In this document: positions 49,400 through 63,478 of the stretch, piece after piece
Layout of the letters: each line of letters begins with the position of its first letter
How positions within the stretch are numbered: the stretch's first letter is position 1
NCBI RefSeq assembly: GCF_000143415.4
Contig: NW_003314279.1
Span: forward strand, 978,091 to 1,042,090
Length of the DNA stretch: 64,000 nucleotides
Direction of reading: 5' to 3'
Source: Selaginella moellendorffii
Lineage: Eukaryota; Plantae; Lycopodiophyta
Notes under the pieces: generated by a model
Databases searched by the model: none
Seen by the model: the letters and a program-made list of their open reading frames with translations, nothing else
Told to the model about the DNA's origin: nothing
Translations under genes and position numbers: made by a program

Positions 49400-51832
49400 C
49401 TAGCCTGAGTTGGATCCTGCTCCTGCCACTGCCGCTGCTGCTGCTGCTGCTCCTAGTGGCATATCAACCGGAGAAGCTTGGCCTGTCAACTTGTGCACCA
49501 GAGCTATCAATGCAGCATCCTTGGAGGAGGGGGGAGGAGGGGTCCTGCTGCAGTTCGAGCCACTTTTATCTGCTGCACGTTGCTGCAATTGCTGCTGCCA
49601 GGTCTCCCGCGTCGTTTCGCTGCTAAGTTGCTCCTGCTGGTGCTGGTGCTGCTGCTGTTGAGCATCCAATATCTCCTCCACCAAGTTTCCAGCCCGAGCT
49701 CCCACTCCCACTGTGATAGGCTTGTCATTGCTGTTGTTCGTCCCTGAAAAGCTCTCAGCCCCACCCGCATGGTGGATCCCAATCAGGCTCAAGCTCATGT
49801 GTCTCGACGCATCACCCGAGTTTGGCTTCTCGTTGTTCTGCTGCTGCTGCTGCTGCTGCTGAGAGTTCTCGGCGCTAGCGTAGAACTGCGTGACAGGAGT
49901 GTCGCTTGCTGGACCACTCTCGGCTCCCTGCGGCATAATTGCTAGCATCTCCGGGGGCTGCCCGCTGCTATCCTCTCTGTGACCACTGAGGTGTTCCTGG
50001 AGTTCGTTTACTGCGGCGGTTTGATCAGTCAGGCACCTGCTGTTGGGAGGAGTGAGGACGCCGGTACGGTAGAGCATGTCCAATTGCTGGAAGTAGGGAC
50101 AAGTCTTTGAATTCTCTGATCGCCGTTTGGAGCTGTCCTTTGTCTTTCGGAAGTACTTGTTGATGTTCTCCCACTTCTCCTTGCAGCGCTTGGAGCTCCG
50201 GCTGTAGCCCATATGTCCCATGCTTGTGGAGATCTCCTCCCATAACGGGCCCTTAGCACCGGGCTCCTGGAACTTCGACTCCATCCCGCTCCTGAGACGA
50301 ATCAAGGCGTGTACCTCCTGCTTTGGCCACCTCTTGCTGTTGGGATCGAAGTGCTCTTTGAAGTCCTCATCCTGCAAGTCCGACTGCTGCTTCCCAACCG
50401 GAGTTATGGCTTGCGGAAGCTGCAGCGTCTGGCCAGTAACTTTCTGCAGGAATGCCACGAGCGCAGCATCCCGGGTCGCTGCAACTGACCGCTCCTGCGA
50501 CCGCCGAAGCTCCTGCTCGCGCTGGATCCTCCCCAGCTCCTTCCTCCATGCGTCATCCTTGAGCAGCCTGTCCTGCTCACGCCTGTCTATGGCCTCGAGA
50601 AACTTCCTGTGCATGGAATCCTGCTTGTCCATGAACTTGCGAATCAGGTTCTCGAGGAACAGCATCTGCGAAGCCCAAGATTTCCTCTTCCGCTTCCTCT
50701 TGTCGTTCCGGTCCGGATCGTCGTACTCCTCGTCATCGGTATCCGAGAGCAAGTTCGCAGCGCCGTCGCTGTTCTCCGAAAATCTCTGGCCCGAGGAATT
50801 CGCTCCGTTGGTCGTAGTTGGCGCCATCCCACTTCCGCTGGACAGAAGGAATGGCCCATTGCTGTGATCCTCGCCTTGCAGTAAATTCGCAGCGCCAGCT
50901 CCAACTGTGGCTGGGCCACCACCTGCTCCACTAGAATTAGACCCATACAAAGCTTCCAATTGCGCAAAAAATCGGTAGCATTTTCCATCCTGTCTACCGG
51001 CTTTGCCACCTTTGGTTTTCTTGTAGTACTTGTGGACGTTCTCAAACTTTTCCTTGCATTTTTTGGCGCTCCTCTGGAATCCCAGCTCGCCAAGCCTCCT
51101 GCGAGATCGTCACAAATGCTGGTCAGTCCAAAGAAGGATGAATTTCTCACACTACGAGGACGTGAAAGTCCCTTTTTACACACACAAGAAGTATGAAGGC
51201 TTTACCTCGCCATGAGTGTGAATCTCATGGGTTTCTAGACAGGATCTCTCGCAAGCACGCAAGCAATGAAACAGGAGTCATGGGAGAGAGAAGCGAATTA
51301 TATACCTGGAAACTTCTTCCCATAGCGGCGCCTTAAGACCAGAATCCCGGAAGTTTGCGTCCATCTCGGTCCGGATCCTTATCAGCGCCAATGTCTCCTG
51401 CCGCGGCCATCGATTGCCGCCAATTCCTCGCTCCTCGCCGGTGGTCTCGTCGTCGCCAATCGTCGTGAGGGTCTGCCTGTAGGCCGCGCTGCCGCTGGGA
51501 GATGGCCGCGTTGCGATGGGCGATGGCGCCTCGGCCGAGTCTGGGCTGAGTCCCAGCTGCTGGACGACTTGCTGCTGCTGCTGCTGCTGCTGCTGGGTGT
51601 GGAGGTGATGAGACTGCTGAATTCGCTGGTGTGATGCACTGGAGCTTTGGAGATGGTGGTGCGCTGCCGCCGCGGCCGCCACTGCTGCTACCGCGTGTTG
51701 CTGCTGCTGCTGCTGCGAGTGATGGATTTCCTGGGAAGAGATCGAGAACATGTGATGCGAGGCGTGGCCGCCGCCAGGCCCCCTCCCGACCACGAATTGC
51801 TGCACGTCGGGAGGAACTCCATACGTTTGCAT
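49400..51832 (-). CDS. GT-2 clade double-trihelix transcription factor (GTL1/DF1/PTL-like), 2 exons
   Basis: Two trihelix domains (NRWPRQETLALIRIR..APLWEEVSR..KCKEKFENV; KRWPKQEVHALIRLR..KGPLWEEIS..KRCKEKWENINKYF), a central coiled coil and poly-Q tracts; intron ~51100-51305. Confidence 0.93.
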
Positions 51833-52007
51833 CCTCACGGACGCCAAAATGGAGCTAGCGAGCGCGTGTCGGTCAGATCGAGATGCCGCTTCTTTGCATC
51901 GATCGAAATGTCGCCAAGACGATTCCAATTCCGATCGATCTGCTGCCGCGCAGCATTCACTGTATCTTTGGAGCTCCGCCGCGTGATATTACGGAGCTTC
52001 TCTTTCT

Positions 52008-52008
52008 C

Positions 52009-52042
<34 letters not shown>
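52008..52042. repeat. (CT)n microsatellite in trihelix 5' region
   Basis: Imperfect CT run. Confidence 0.85.
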
Positions 52043-54697
52043 GGCCGCGACGATTTGCGTTCTTTACTGGCAAAGATTGGAAAGAAGGACCGATTCGAGG
52101 GGAAAGATCAAAGATTCGAGGCGAGCGCAGCTAGATTGAGTGAAATCGCGATCGGGGACACACACGACAAACATCATATCACGGAACAATTCAAGAAAAG
52201 CGCTGCAGAAAAAAAACTCTGAAACAGTGGACTTCTCCGCGCCGGGACCCTGCGATTCCAGTGTAGGGACACTTGGAAAAACTCGCTAAACCCTAATGAT
52301 CACCGCGCTTCCTCCGCCATAGCCTCTCTCCGCTCACGCTCTACATCATCAAACCCTAGCGAGGGCTAATCCACACAGCTGGAATAAATTTTTTTACATT
52401 CACTTAAAAAGAATGCTTTGCGTCGCGCGCACAAGAAGAAAGAGGCGAGGTGGAGGTGTAGCTATGGCGGAAAGAAAACCGGCTCAGCCAGGAAATCCGG
52501 CCACGTGTCGGTGGCGGGGCTCGCGACCGGTGCGTGCCGGTAACCGCCTCGCTCAAGAGCGTGGCCGGGAAACCGGCTGGGGTCGCCAAGAAGGCGGCCG
52601 GCCGGCCTGATTTCCCGACAGGTTTAAAGATAAACAACACCCGGGTGGTTTGGGGTTTGACCGGTGGCTGCCACGTGGCGGCATCTTCGTTGAACGCGCA
52701 GCCAACGGTCATTATTGTTAACTAATCCCGCGCGGGGCTGCCAGAGGCCCAACGTGCGTCGGCTTGAATGCGTGGCGGGATGACGTGGATCCCACCTGGA
52801 ATATCCCTTCCTCCAGACATGGCGATGGAACTTCTGTGTGTTCCTCTTGTCACGAACAAGGCAAAGAATGCGAGGTTTTGGCTCTGGCGCTTAAGGAAAT
52901 CCCATTTAGAAAAGAGAGAATTGTGTGTGTGGTGGTGGGTGGATGAAAACGATCCCGAGTCAAATTCCATGGGCTCGGCAGCAGTACTTAGTGCACATTG
53001 ATGGGGAGTACCACGCCCATGCAAACAGTGTGGGCCAACTTGCCCTAGAACCAGGGGGGGCTCCGTGCCCTAGAAATTGGGCCCTGGCCATTATATTTAC
53101 TGGAGGCGCCCACATATTTTGTTTTGTCGTGTCCAGACTGGCCACTGGCCACATGCCATTCCCACCGCCTTGACATGGTCCACATTCATAGCTGGCGCGC
53201 GACCGGCCGGCCGGCCGGGCACTGGCGCAGCGTCCGTTCGTTTCGCCACCGTCCGATGGGCACACCCGGAATATCCCCCACATTGATTTGGCTGTCAACT
53301 TCGATGCCATGGAATCAATCATGGATTGGGGTGGCGCGAGACTGGCATCTGGAGAGATTCTAAGGGTAGGGTTTGTTGCAACGATGGCGATGGAGGATGT
53401 TAAGTATAACTTGCGAATCGCGATTTGGGTGGTACTGGTGGATGACCTAAACACTCCAGAATATACTAAAGTGAGGTTAACACAAATCACAAAATAACTG
53501 TTGACAACCATGTGAGAGGATTTGTCGTGGCATTTCTAGACAAATTGGCACGGCCGGCTTTGTTTGATTTAATCTACTTTAAAATACGTGGTTAGTGGGG
53601 AAGCATGTTTCGCCGCCCCTCAAATCATCACGTGTTGGCGTAAACTATACGAGGGGAATGTAACACCGCAACACAACGAGGCCACCACCACGTAAGGTGG
53701 CCCACAAGCCAAAATTCCAAGAAAAACCAAAAACAGGTTTATTTTTCCTTTTTAATTTCCTTTTAGCTTTCCTGTTTTTCTTACTTTATAGGTTGATATT
53801 TTATACTCGAGATTGGCTTCATGTGCCATGTTCGTGGCCATGTGAGAAAAGGCCAAAGGTGGATTGGAAAAAATCAAACCAAAGCAAAACCCATGGGTCC
53901 CAAGGTTTGTGACATTTCCAGCGTTAAAATACTTGTATGCGATGCGTCTCGAGCGTGGCGGGCAAAAACAAAAGCGGGCTCGAATAACGTACGCGGGCAC
54001 TTGGTACGAAGATCGAAGAAGCGCTTGCCATTCCTTGACTTTTAACTCTCTCGTGGTCCCCTGCTTTGGCTCCTCGCTCCGGTCCGGTCGTACCATAGCT
54101 CAATAGCAAACGTACCAGCGATGATCGGTGGAGGAACCGATGATCTGTATGATTGGAGCGATGGTCTCTTCATCGTCTCCTTCTCTGGTAACGATTGTCT
54201 CGTCGCTTTCTCTTCTTTTGAATCAAAGCCTGTCTGGCTGTCGATCATGGACTGCTCGACTTCGCTGGCGTTGATCACTCTCGTTGCTTCATGCGTCTTG
54301 TCACGAGTGTTGTCTTCCTCCTCTTTCCCAGGAGCATTGTTCATGGAAGGAGACCACTCCGATTCAGTATTTCATCGCATGACGTCGCCTAGATTGACGT
54401 AAGGAAAAAAAAGGAGAAGAAAGAGCTGTTTTTTTTTTACCGTAGAGTAGTAGCGTGCCGTCAAGTGTACAGGACGTGTTCTTAGAACGACAAAACCGAT
54501 CGTTCTCTCCCACATTGAAGATTCTGACGTTACTACGAGATGAATCCAATCCGCACGCAATAATTGAGGTGGCCCTTTCCTCTCGATTCACTGCGCTGCT
54601 GAGGTCTCCACGTTTTTGTCTTGTTGGAAACTGTGGCAGAAGATTGCTAGCGGAACCCCGAATTTGTTTGCCACCCCGAGAGGAAACCAGAACAGCT

Positions 54698-56530
54698 TCA
54701 CTTCTTCTTCTTCTTGTCTTTCTTTCCACCCTTCTTATCCTTTTTCTTTTCCGGTTTCTCGGCGTCGACCGGTCCCAGCTTCAGCGTAAGCTGCAAGAAT
54801 GAATAGAAATAGCACCCAGCATTACGTTACGTTACTGTGAAGTGAAGAATTTTTACCTCCGAGAGAGCAACTTGTGCTGCAGTCCACTCGAGCTCTAGGC
54901 ATGAAAGTTGATCGGACAGCAGGGCATTCTCCCTGCAAATGGCGGACACTTGCTCTGCGGTGGTTGCTCGCCACGTTGTTGTTTTCCCTGAAAGCTGCCC
55001 CCACTGCGGTCTCGGAGTCATTTGATTAACTTTGTTGGCAATCTCGTCGATCTCAGCTTGCGTCTCCGAAAGCTTGCCTTCCAATTCTAGCATTTCAACC
55101 TTTGCTGCGCAATATACAGTCTTCGGCACGCTGCAGGTGGTGACAAAAGTTTTAACATGCGAGTAGGAAATTCCAAACCTGTCAGACGCTTCCACACGGG
55201 CAGATTCAAGGAAGGACTGCGTGTGTTGCAACTCGTGGACCAGTTGGGAGTACTGAGCTCGTAGCTTCTCGTGCTTTTGCTTCTCGACATCCTGCAGCAA
55301 GTGAACCGTTGAAACGGCTGGCATCTAGAGCGATGACGTACCTTCTCGTATGCTATCTCCCGAGCTTCCAGAACCAGCACTCTTGCTTTCTTCAAGTCTT
55401 TCTTCAAAACCCTCGACTTACCATGCAATATTTTCACCTGAAATGACCCAAAAGGAGGCTTTGAAAAGTGCAGTCAGCGAGTTTTCATGATATACCTTCG
55501 ATTTCGCGGCTTCCAACAGGCTTATCGTGGTGTTTAGCTTAGTTTGCAAGTCATTGCTAACAGCTTCTGCTGCCTTTATCTGGTCCCTCAAAACCTGTCC
55601 AAGGCAAACAAGAATCTATGAAGCTGCAAAACTAAACATACCTGTATGTGCTCTTCAATACGGAGAATGTCGGCCTGCCTTGCTTGGAGCTCTTCTCTCC
55701 ATTTCTGATGTTGCTCCTCCAACTCCTTGTTCTTTCCTTGCAGTCTATTAACGATCTCAAAGTACGGCAGCTGAGAATGGCTCTTGTTAGACAAAACAGA
55801 GAATGGACTTTTTAAGTACCTGTTCAAACGCCGGTGTAGTACCGGGTGGGACGACATAATGGCTGAAGATGGCATGCTGAAGCTCGTCTTTTATATGAGA
55901 CAGAACTCGAGAAAAGGGCATGCTTAGTTTGCATATCTCGTTGAAAATCTGCCATCTCAACGTTGTGTTTTTCAGTTCTAGAAGAGGAAAAAAAAAGAGA
56001 GAAAGCTACCTCCCAGCATACAGCAGTTCTGTGCACATCCGGAATTCCAGGCTCGCTCTCCCGCTCCTTGAGAAGCTCGGCGAGTTTCACCTGGAACAAA
56101 GAGTTCACAAAAAACCCCAGAAAGAAAAACTTGTTTGTTACCCAAAAGCAAGTGTGTGCACCTCACAGTACACTGCCGAGGACCGGAAATTCGCCGCGCA
56201 GGAGGATGGCTTCTTGTCCTCGCCGCTGCCCTCCTCGTCGGCGCAAATGCACCTCACCACTTTGTCGTCGCTACCCGCCCTGCGCTTGTGAGATCGCTGG
56301 TCGCAGTGGCACTCGCGCTGCCCCAGCGATTTCACCTCGGACGACGGCGCCGACCTGATGAGCCGCGGCGTCTTCTGCCGCGCCGTGGGCGGGAGGAGGC
56401 GGAGCAGCGCCTCGTGGAAGGAATGCACCGGCTTGCGCGTGAAATCCAGGCGCTCCTCCAGCGTCTTCTGGCTGATCTTGCTGATGGAGCCGCGCCGCGC
56501 GGGCGGCTTCATCTCCAGCGGGGGCAGCAT
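54698..56530 (-). CDS. Uncharacterised coiled-coil protein (TSNAXIP1/C6orf118 N-terminal-like), multi-exon
   Basis: Spliced reading ..DVHRTAVCWE/IFNEICKLSMPFSRVLSHIKDELQHAIFS../LPYFEIVNRL..; heptad-rich exons, MTPRPQW and basic tail KKDKKKKK*. Family is inferred by pattern only. Confidence 0.6.
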
Positions 56531-56678
56531 CGTCACGACCACACGCCACGAGCCCTAACCTTCCGGAAGCCCTAGATTCCAAATTACGGCGGGAAACCAC
56601 GAATATTCGCAATGTAAAACTTTTGTGTTGTTATTTCCAAAGAAGATACAAGATCTTTATACAAAAGTGTGAGTTCTA

Positions 56679-59600
56679 TCACTTCCCCACTTTCCCCAAA
56701 AACTTCATGTTGAGGATCTTCACGTCCGTGCCTGTTCGTACAATGCCGTCGTCCGAATCGATTCCTATCAGCTTACCGCTAACGCCTCTAAACTCGCCAT
56801 ACACGACCTTAATCCTATCATTCTTCTCCGGCTGCACAATCTCTATCTCCGAGTGGCTCACCGTCACCGTGTCGTCGCCGATCGAGAGGCGACAGTAGCC
56901 GTCCTGGTTACACACACATTGCGTTACGCTCACGCCAGCAAAGAGCAAGAATCGAGAAGCTCGACTCACCGGCAAGACCTCCTCAATCACTCCAATCGTC
57001 GTGTCGCCATTGCGCCTCAGGGTGACCATCAGCTCCGGCAAACCCCATTGCTTCTCCAGCTCGTGCATGTTAAAGCCTGTAACGATGGATCCATCACCAA
57101 CAGCTGGGAAGATTAAACTTGTGAACACTTTACCGGTAGCTGGGGATGTAGGATCCAGAACTCCGCTGCCTGGTGTCATTGGTTGGCCGCCGGGAGTCCC
57201 AGGGACAGCAGGAGTCATAGGCAGAGCACCAGGAGTTCCAGGGAGATATGGGCTTGATGGATTGCCTGCAAAAGGAACACTACAAGTTAGACTGGATTGT
57301 GATGAAAAATGAATATCAATACCATAGTGAGCGACGGCTTCAACTGGCGAGCCAGAATCAGCATAACTCCCAGGAGTATTTGCCCACCCAGAGCCAGGCG
57401 TTGGTGCTTCGTATGATCTAGTCGCCAGTGGGGTCCCAGGCTGTTGCATATATTGTGGGGACGTTGTGTGGGCGCCCCAGCCGGTGTCGTCCCTGGAATT
57501 TTACAAGGAGTTAGCATGTCTGTCCTCGACACGGCTAAGGATAGTTCACCTTAGAGGAGTTGTCGGATTCCAGGCCCTGTCACGCATTGGAGTTCTCATT
57601 CCATCATGAATGGGCGTCGCTGCAAAAAACAGACTTTGATTATATATTCTATCCATTTTCGCTGCGGTACCTGATGAGTCCCTCATAGGTGTCATGTATG
57701 CAGAATGCATAGGCGTCCTGGAAGGATGCACTGGGGTCTGACTTCCCATGCCGTAGCGTGTAGGCTCCCTGAGAGAGAGAGAGAGAGAGAAAAAAAAGAA
57801 ACTCAGTTTCGTCGCATGGTTATTTGTTGAACCTGTACCTGAACGAAGATTGCACGTCTCCAATATCGGAGAGAATGTCACGGTCGACTGGCCGTTCAAG
57901 ACGTTAAGTAAACAGAAGACTGGTATTTCAGACTGTCGTACCTGTGACGATCTTCATTTGCGATTCCAGCTCTATGCGTACACTTCGACCACCACTAGCA
58001 TCAACCACACGTCCCCGATAGCCTTTATAAGGTCCAGTTCTTATCTTCACACTTCGACCAACGTAGTTGTCGTTTCGCCGACCAGGATTGCTCACGAAGC
58101 CTGATCATAACGACTATCGTTTAGAAGAACTTCCAAAATTATATTACTTACCACTTGGAGGACCGTACGGACCCCTGACTGGACTTCTCCGTGGAGATTG
58201 AAGGAATTGAGAAGGAGGTTTCAAGGAAGAAAATGCAGCGGCTATATGATTCTGCATAGCTGAAGGTTAAACGCTACTCATGCAAACCAAAGCACACTAC
58301 CTGTTTGTCACCTCTGGAGCCACCCAAAGCTAGGCAAGATGTTGCTCGAACACAAATAAAACCTCCATTTTCAAGATGTTGCCGGTCTTGTACAAAAAGA
58401 ATGCCCCGATTTATATGCTCTACAACCCCTTGCTTACCCTGAAAAATAAACTCGATACATTTCCACAACTTAACCAAAATACCTTGAAAGGTCCAGAAAC
58501 AACTCGGACAATGTCTTTCACACTCACGACATTTGTATCCCGATCTTGCGTGTTTATCATTTTGTTGTATAATCTTTTCCTGAGATCTCGTTGTTTGACT
58601 GTAATCACTTCTTGTTTGTCAGGTGTCCCCTTGAGTACCTGTAGATACACACATATTAGAAAAGTAACAGCTGATTTTTGAAAAGTTACCTGACATCCAT
58701 CAGCCTCAATCCTTACAATCACACCAACCGTCATTGGACTGCAAATCAACACATTCACACATGAGATAAATTAGAAGAAAGAGAAACATACTCCAGCGCA
58801 ATGAGATCGTGAAGCTCGAATTCTCCCAGCTTGGTTAGGCCACAAGTAACCTCAGATGTTTCAACAATGCTATCCCTAAACACGCGGACCTGAAAAAAGA
58901 GTAGCACGTCAGAACCAGCAGCCAGGAATGCAGCGTTTCTTACGTCTTCTTTCGTGGTGTCAGAAAGAATAATAACAGAGTCTCTTTCAATCTTCACAAT
59001 CATCCCCGTTGCTCCTTCATGCTTTCCTGATGTAACTTTCACATGGTTTCCCGGTTCGAAGTGTTTGCTAAGTTGCTTGATGTGAAATCTAAGCACATCC
59101 TGCAATCCAAATAATGTGTTGAAATAAATAAAAATGGTTTTCAAATGCTTACCTTCAATCCTGACTTTTTATCAGGACGAATCTCGACGTTATCTTCGTC
59201 CACTTTCTCGACAACACCCTGAATCCCTTTCAAATCTCCTTCTACGGCCACCACTGTGTCGCCCTTCACAAACTGACCACGCTTTCTCGAGGATGACAGC
59301 CCAAATGCGTCCACGCTGTCGTCATCACCAGGTTTCTGAAAGCTTTGAAGCTCGTCCAATGAAGGCATGACGTCCACGGCGTTTAAAGTTTTCAGTGATA
59401 CGTTCTTTATAAGGTACCCATCCATAAACTGCATATTTGCCACTTGCTCGTAATGATCACCACGAGCATCACGTCGTCTCTCGATATGCACCTTCATTTC
59501 TCTGGATGAAAGGACAAAAAAAAAAAAAAAAAAAACTCAAAGATATCCCAAGAGGGAAAAGTTTTACCTGAGTTCTTGCATAACAAAACGTTGAGGTGGC

Positions 59601-60857
59601 CTTACAGAAAAACCTTTTGATTTCGGAATTTCTTTTCCTTCCTGAACGTAATTCCGAGTTAGAGTATCCAAGACAAACAAACAGTGCACTTACAAGTTTG
59701 GCCACTAATTCTTGAATCTCTACCCGAGGAACAAGCTTTATCCTTGCTCGCTGTCGAACGTGATCAACGTCAAGTACCTGTTTGACAAAAAATTACAACA
59801 AAAAACTATTCAGCAGCCTCGTAATACGCTTACCCTCGCGAGATCTCCCTTGTAGAGGCCTGTTTTGACTCGCACCCAGTTTTCCTTGTCAATGTCAAAG
59901 GACTTCTTCTCTACAGTCAGTACGTCTGTCATTTCTTTGATTGGAACAAGGTGTATTGTCTTCGGAAAAATATTTCGCAGTCCTTTGATAGCCTGAGCAG
60001 ATGAAACATTGTGAGAAACATCAGGATCTTAGTAGCCTGGTTACCTGCTTCACGTATGCTTCCTTGTCGGCTTCAACGTAAATAAATCCTTTTAGATGGT
60101 CTATTGCCACCGCAGACTTGATAAGTAGGGGTTCATTCTTTGCTTGGAAGTCCAAATACTTTTGCATCAAACAGACGACAGCTTCTCTTTCATGGCCTTG
60201 CTGAAAAACTTAAAAGAGTGAGACAGAGAAAAAAAAGACTAGTTGCCAAAAACTTCGCACATACCGGGCAAGTCAACATGTATAGTTTAGGATCCTTCAC
60301 TGATGGAAGTAACGCTTGCTGCTCAACCACAGTGGCCTCAGAGTCGTCGTATGTATCGTAGCTCGTAGTTTTATAACGCTGCTGAAGCATCTTCTCAATT
60401 TCGATATCCTCCAGATCTTCTCCAGTATCGAGAAGAGCAGGACGCTGGGGAATTCTACTTCTTCGGGAGCTCTCTTCTTCCGGGATAGTGTCCTCAATAA
60501 ATCCTGTGAACAAAGCATGGAAAACTTAAACGCAAGACAACAGGAAAACAAAAGAGAGAATTTACCCTCTTCTTCCTCTTCTTCCTCCTCCTCCTCATCA
60601 CTCGCAACCTGGGCAGCATCATCGATGAAAGCAGAAGCACGGCTTCTCCCCCTCTTCTTCCTAGACGGGGCATCGTCCTCCTCGTCTTCGTCTTCCTCAG
60701 CTACATCGTCGACATAGCTGTTTCTCTTCTGCTTGCGCTTGCGCTTTTTCCTATCCTCCTCCTCATAATCTTCATCGTCGTCTAAATCCTCACCTTCTGG
60801 CTCTTCTTCCTCCTCCTCCTCGACCTCCTCGTCGTCGTCGTAATTCTGAGCTCCCAT
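56679..60857 (-). CDS. SPT5: Transcription elongation factor SPT5 (GTA2-like), many exons
   Basis: Acidic N-terminus; QQALLPSVKDPKL; NGN domain (DHLKGFIYVEADKEA); KOW repeats (GLYKGDLA, FEPGNHVKV.SGKHEGATG); CTR repeats (TPMH..TPMRD..TP); terminal KOW. Confidence 0.96.
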
Positions 60858-61051
60858 CACCGCCTCGCGCTTACCCTTTCCTGGAACACCTAGATTGCCC
60901 AAGAACCCTAGATGGCTTGGAAGGGCACTTCCAGCTCACCTATGGCGCCATCGCCAATGAACTATCGCTCTAGGGTATGAATGGAACACCTGATTTTGCC
61001 CAAGAGCCCTAATGTCGGGCATAAAAACTTTAGGGCAAAAAGGGGGGAGCG

Positions 61052-62627
61052 ATGGCGTGGAAGGCGCACGCGGCACTGGTGCTCGTCCAGCTCAACTATG
61101 GCGCCTATCACGTCATCGCCAAGCTCGCGCTCAGTGTGGGGATGAATCAGATCGTGTTTTGTATGCTGCGGGACGCGGTCGCCATCGCAATTCTCGCCCC
61201 CATTGCTTTCGTCAAGGACAGGTTCTCTCCTTTGGTCCATCATATACATTCTTTAAGTGATGATCTTTCGTACAGTGAGATCCGGCCTCCACTCACTCGG
61301 AAGCTCGCATTTTCCTTTTTTTTCCTTGGGCTCACAGGGTGAGTGAAGCTGCTGAAATCTAAAAGACTCGCCCGCGAGCGAGCGATCGATCGAAACTTTT
61401 GTTGCTGGATGGCTTTCCCTCGCAGGATCTTTGCGAACCAGCTACTGTTCATGGTTGGATTGAAGCTCACGTCTCCAGCTTATGCTGCGGCACTCCAGCC
61501 GGCGACGCCAGTTTTCACGTTTTTGCTCTCGCTCTTCATGGGGTCGGTTGGTCCGTTCTTACTCCCTCGTTTTCCATTCTCGTTGGTTTTTCTTCGTTAC
61601 TCTAGCTTGTTACTAACGCAGTGATCTTTCGTTTTTCTTTGAGCAGCTCCGAGACTGTGAAGATCCACAGATACGATGGCCGAGCTAAAGTTGGTGGTGT
61701 GCTTCTAAGCGTGCTGGGAGCGCTCTTGATGTCCGGGTATAAAGGACCACAGGTTGTTCCTGGCTTACAAGGGATAGACTTCCAGACTGCAATGGGAGGA
61801 AAGCCTTCGCCGGAACCGCTTGGATGGTTCACGACAATTCTCGTGGAGATTGGAATCGACTTGTGGCACATTGGTATCATTTGCCTCATTGGAAACTGCT
61901 TGTGCATGTCGATCTACATGGTCTTCCAGGTAAGAAACGATATCTCACTTCCGAGATCTCATTTGAAACTTCTGTTTTGCAGTCGCTACTACTGGCAAGG
62001 TATCCGGCCGCCTTGTCAGTCACAGCGTACTCCTACTTCTTTGGAGCGGGGATGATGGCTCTCGCGGCCTTGTTCACCACAAGAGAGCCGTCAAACTGGT
62101 CACTAAACAGCTCGGAGGTCTTTTCTGTGATATATGCTGTAAGTTCCAACATTTTGCGTTCCTTTCCAGCTGATGGAAGAACTTGGTTTCTCACAGGGCG
62201 TGATCGCATCTGCACTAAATTATTGGTTACTCACTTGGACCAACAAGCTGCTTGGGCCGTCGTTGGTCGCACTCTATATGCCTCTGCAACCATTTGCCAC
62301 GGCAATTCTTGCACACTTTCTTCTCGGCAGTCCTATTTACCTCGGGAGGTCAGCTAAAAAACCGATTTTTTCAAGCTGTTTGTGTTGATATTTGTCTTCT
62401 CCAGTGTCTTTGGAGGTGGACTAATTATTCTCGGCCTCTACTGCGTGACATGGGGAAGATGGCAAACTGAGAAACTCCTGCTAGCCACGTCCCATAAACG
62501 AGAAGATCACTTCGAGCGATGGAGAGGAGAAGAAGATCTTCCTCTCACGGAATCGCTCTACAGGCTTCTGGATCCCAAAGGCTTGACACAATTGCCACTG
62601 TCAAGATCCTGGGGAGAACCACAATGA
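61052..62627 (+). CDS. WAT1-related / UMAMIT (EamA, nodulin MtN21) transporter, multi-exon
   Basis: [87 protein letters not shown]. Confidence 0.94.
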
Positions 62628-62798
62628 CCAGCAATGAACTCCATCGAGGTACTTTACAAATCCTGCCTCTTTTTTGGTTTTCATTACAAGTGTAGAGAAA
62701 AATATGTATCACAACACCTTAGGCACTTCATACCTTGAGGGCTCTCTCTTTTGTCGATGTACAAAATTACTTACTGTTCCTAGTTCTTCCTAGCAGCA

Positions 62799-63233
62799 TC
62801 AAGGGACTTCCAGCAAGCTTGGAGAATCGTTTTTATCCGAGTTGAGATCGAGGGCGCTGAGATCTTTCGCCAGGCTGGTGTTGTGCTGATCTTGCTCTTT
62901 GTTCTCTGTGAAAAGGACAATCAAAGGGGTAAAGCTTAAAAGATTTGACTCACCACTGTTGTTGTAGACAGCCGCGCTGTCGTCCTCGGCCAGGAATTCC
63001 ATCTCTTCTTCCTCTTCCATAAGCTCCATCTCCAGCGCCTCTAGATCCTCGGGGCTCAGCTCCTCCTCCATTCCCTGGTACCTCTCCCTGAGCCAGTAAT
63101 CTCTAAACGCGGGGCAATTCTCTACCAGGCACCACCACTCGGGCGAGAAATCCTCCGTGTCGATGTAGGCCGCCGGGATGAAGAGCGGCGCGTGGGGATT
63201 GAGCGTCGACGCCACTGGCGCTTTCACTGCCAT
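62799..63233 (-). CDS. ERD15: EARLY RESPONSIVE TO DEHYDRATION 15-like PAM2 protein (CID1/2 family)
   Basis: PAM2 motif [12 protein letters not shown] followed by [16 protein letters not shown]; probable short in-frame intron ~62908-62952. Confidence 0.9.
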   Translation of the reverse strand: MAVKAPVASTLNPHAPLFIPAAYIDTEDFSPEWWCLVENCPAFRDYWLRERYQGMEEELSPEDLEALEMELMEEEEEMEFLAEDDSAAVYNNSGESNLLSFTPLIVLFTENKEQDQHNTSLAKDLSALDLNSDKNDSPSLLEVP

Positions 63234-63309
63234 AGCTCGCTTCGCTTCACAAGGAAAACCCTAGAAAAAAACATTGAGCACAGCGTTAAGTAGCGGTATA
63301 TTCTACTCC

Positions 63310-63478
63310 GCTAACGGTATATCCCGTATAACGGTAAATACCGGCAGAATATCCCTCCGGCGCAATACGGACGCGCGTCAACGGCTCCGAGCAGCGCGGA
63401 CAGCGACGTTGACGTCGAATATCCGGGGCCCGCCAACGGCTCAGATGCCCGGATTGACTGACTGCATCCAACGGCCGT
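63310..63478 (+). promoter_or_regulatory. Cluster of AACGG (MSA-like) motifs in the ERD15 upstream/divergent promoter
   Basis: CTAACGG (63311), TAACGG (63329), TCAACGG (63378), CCAACGG (63433), TCCAACGG (63467); telo-box AAACCCTA at ~63256. Confidence 0.4.

Noticed and set aside
54042-54402. 100-aa ORF as last exon of the coiled-coil gene
   Set aside because: The preceding exon already ends in TGA at 54698 (KKDKKKKK*); no independent support for this ORF.
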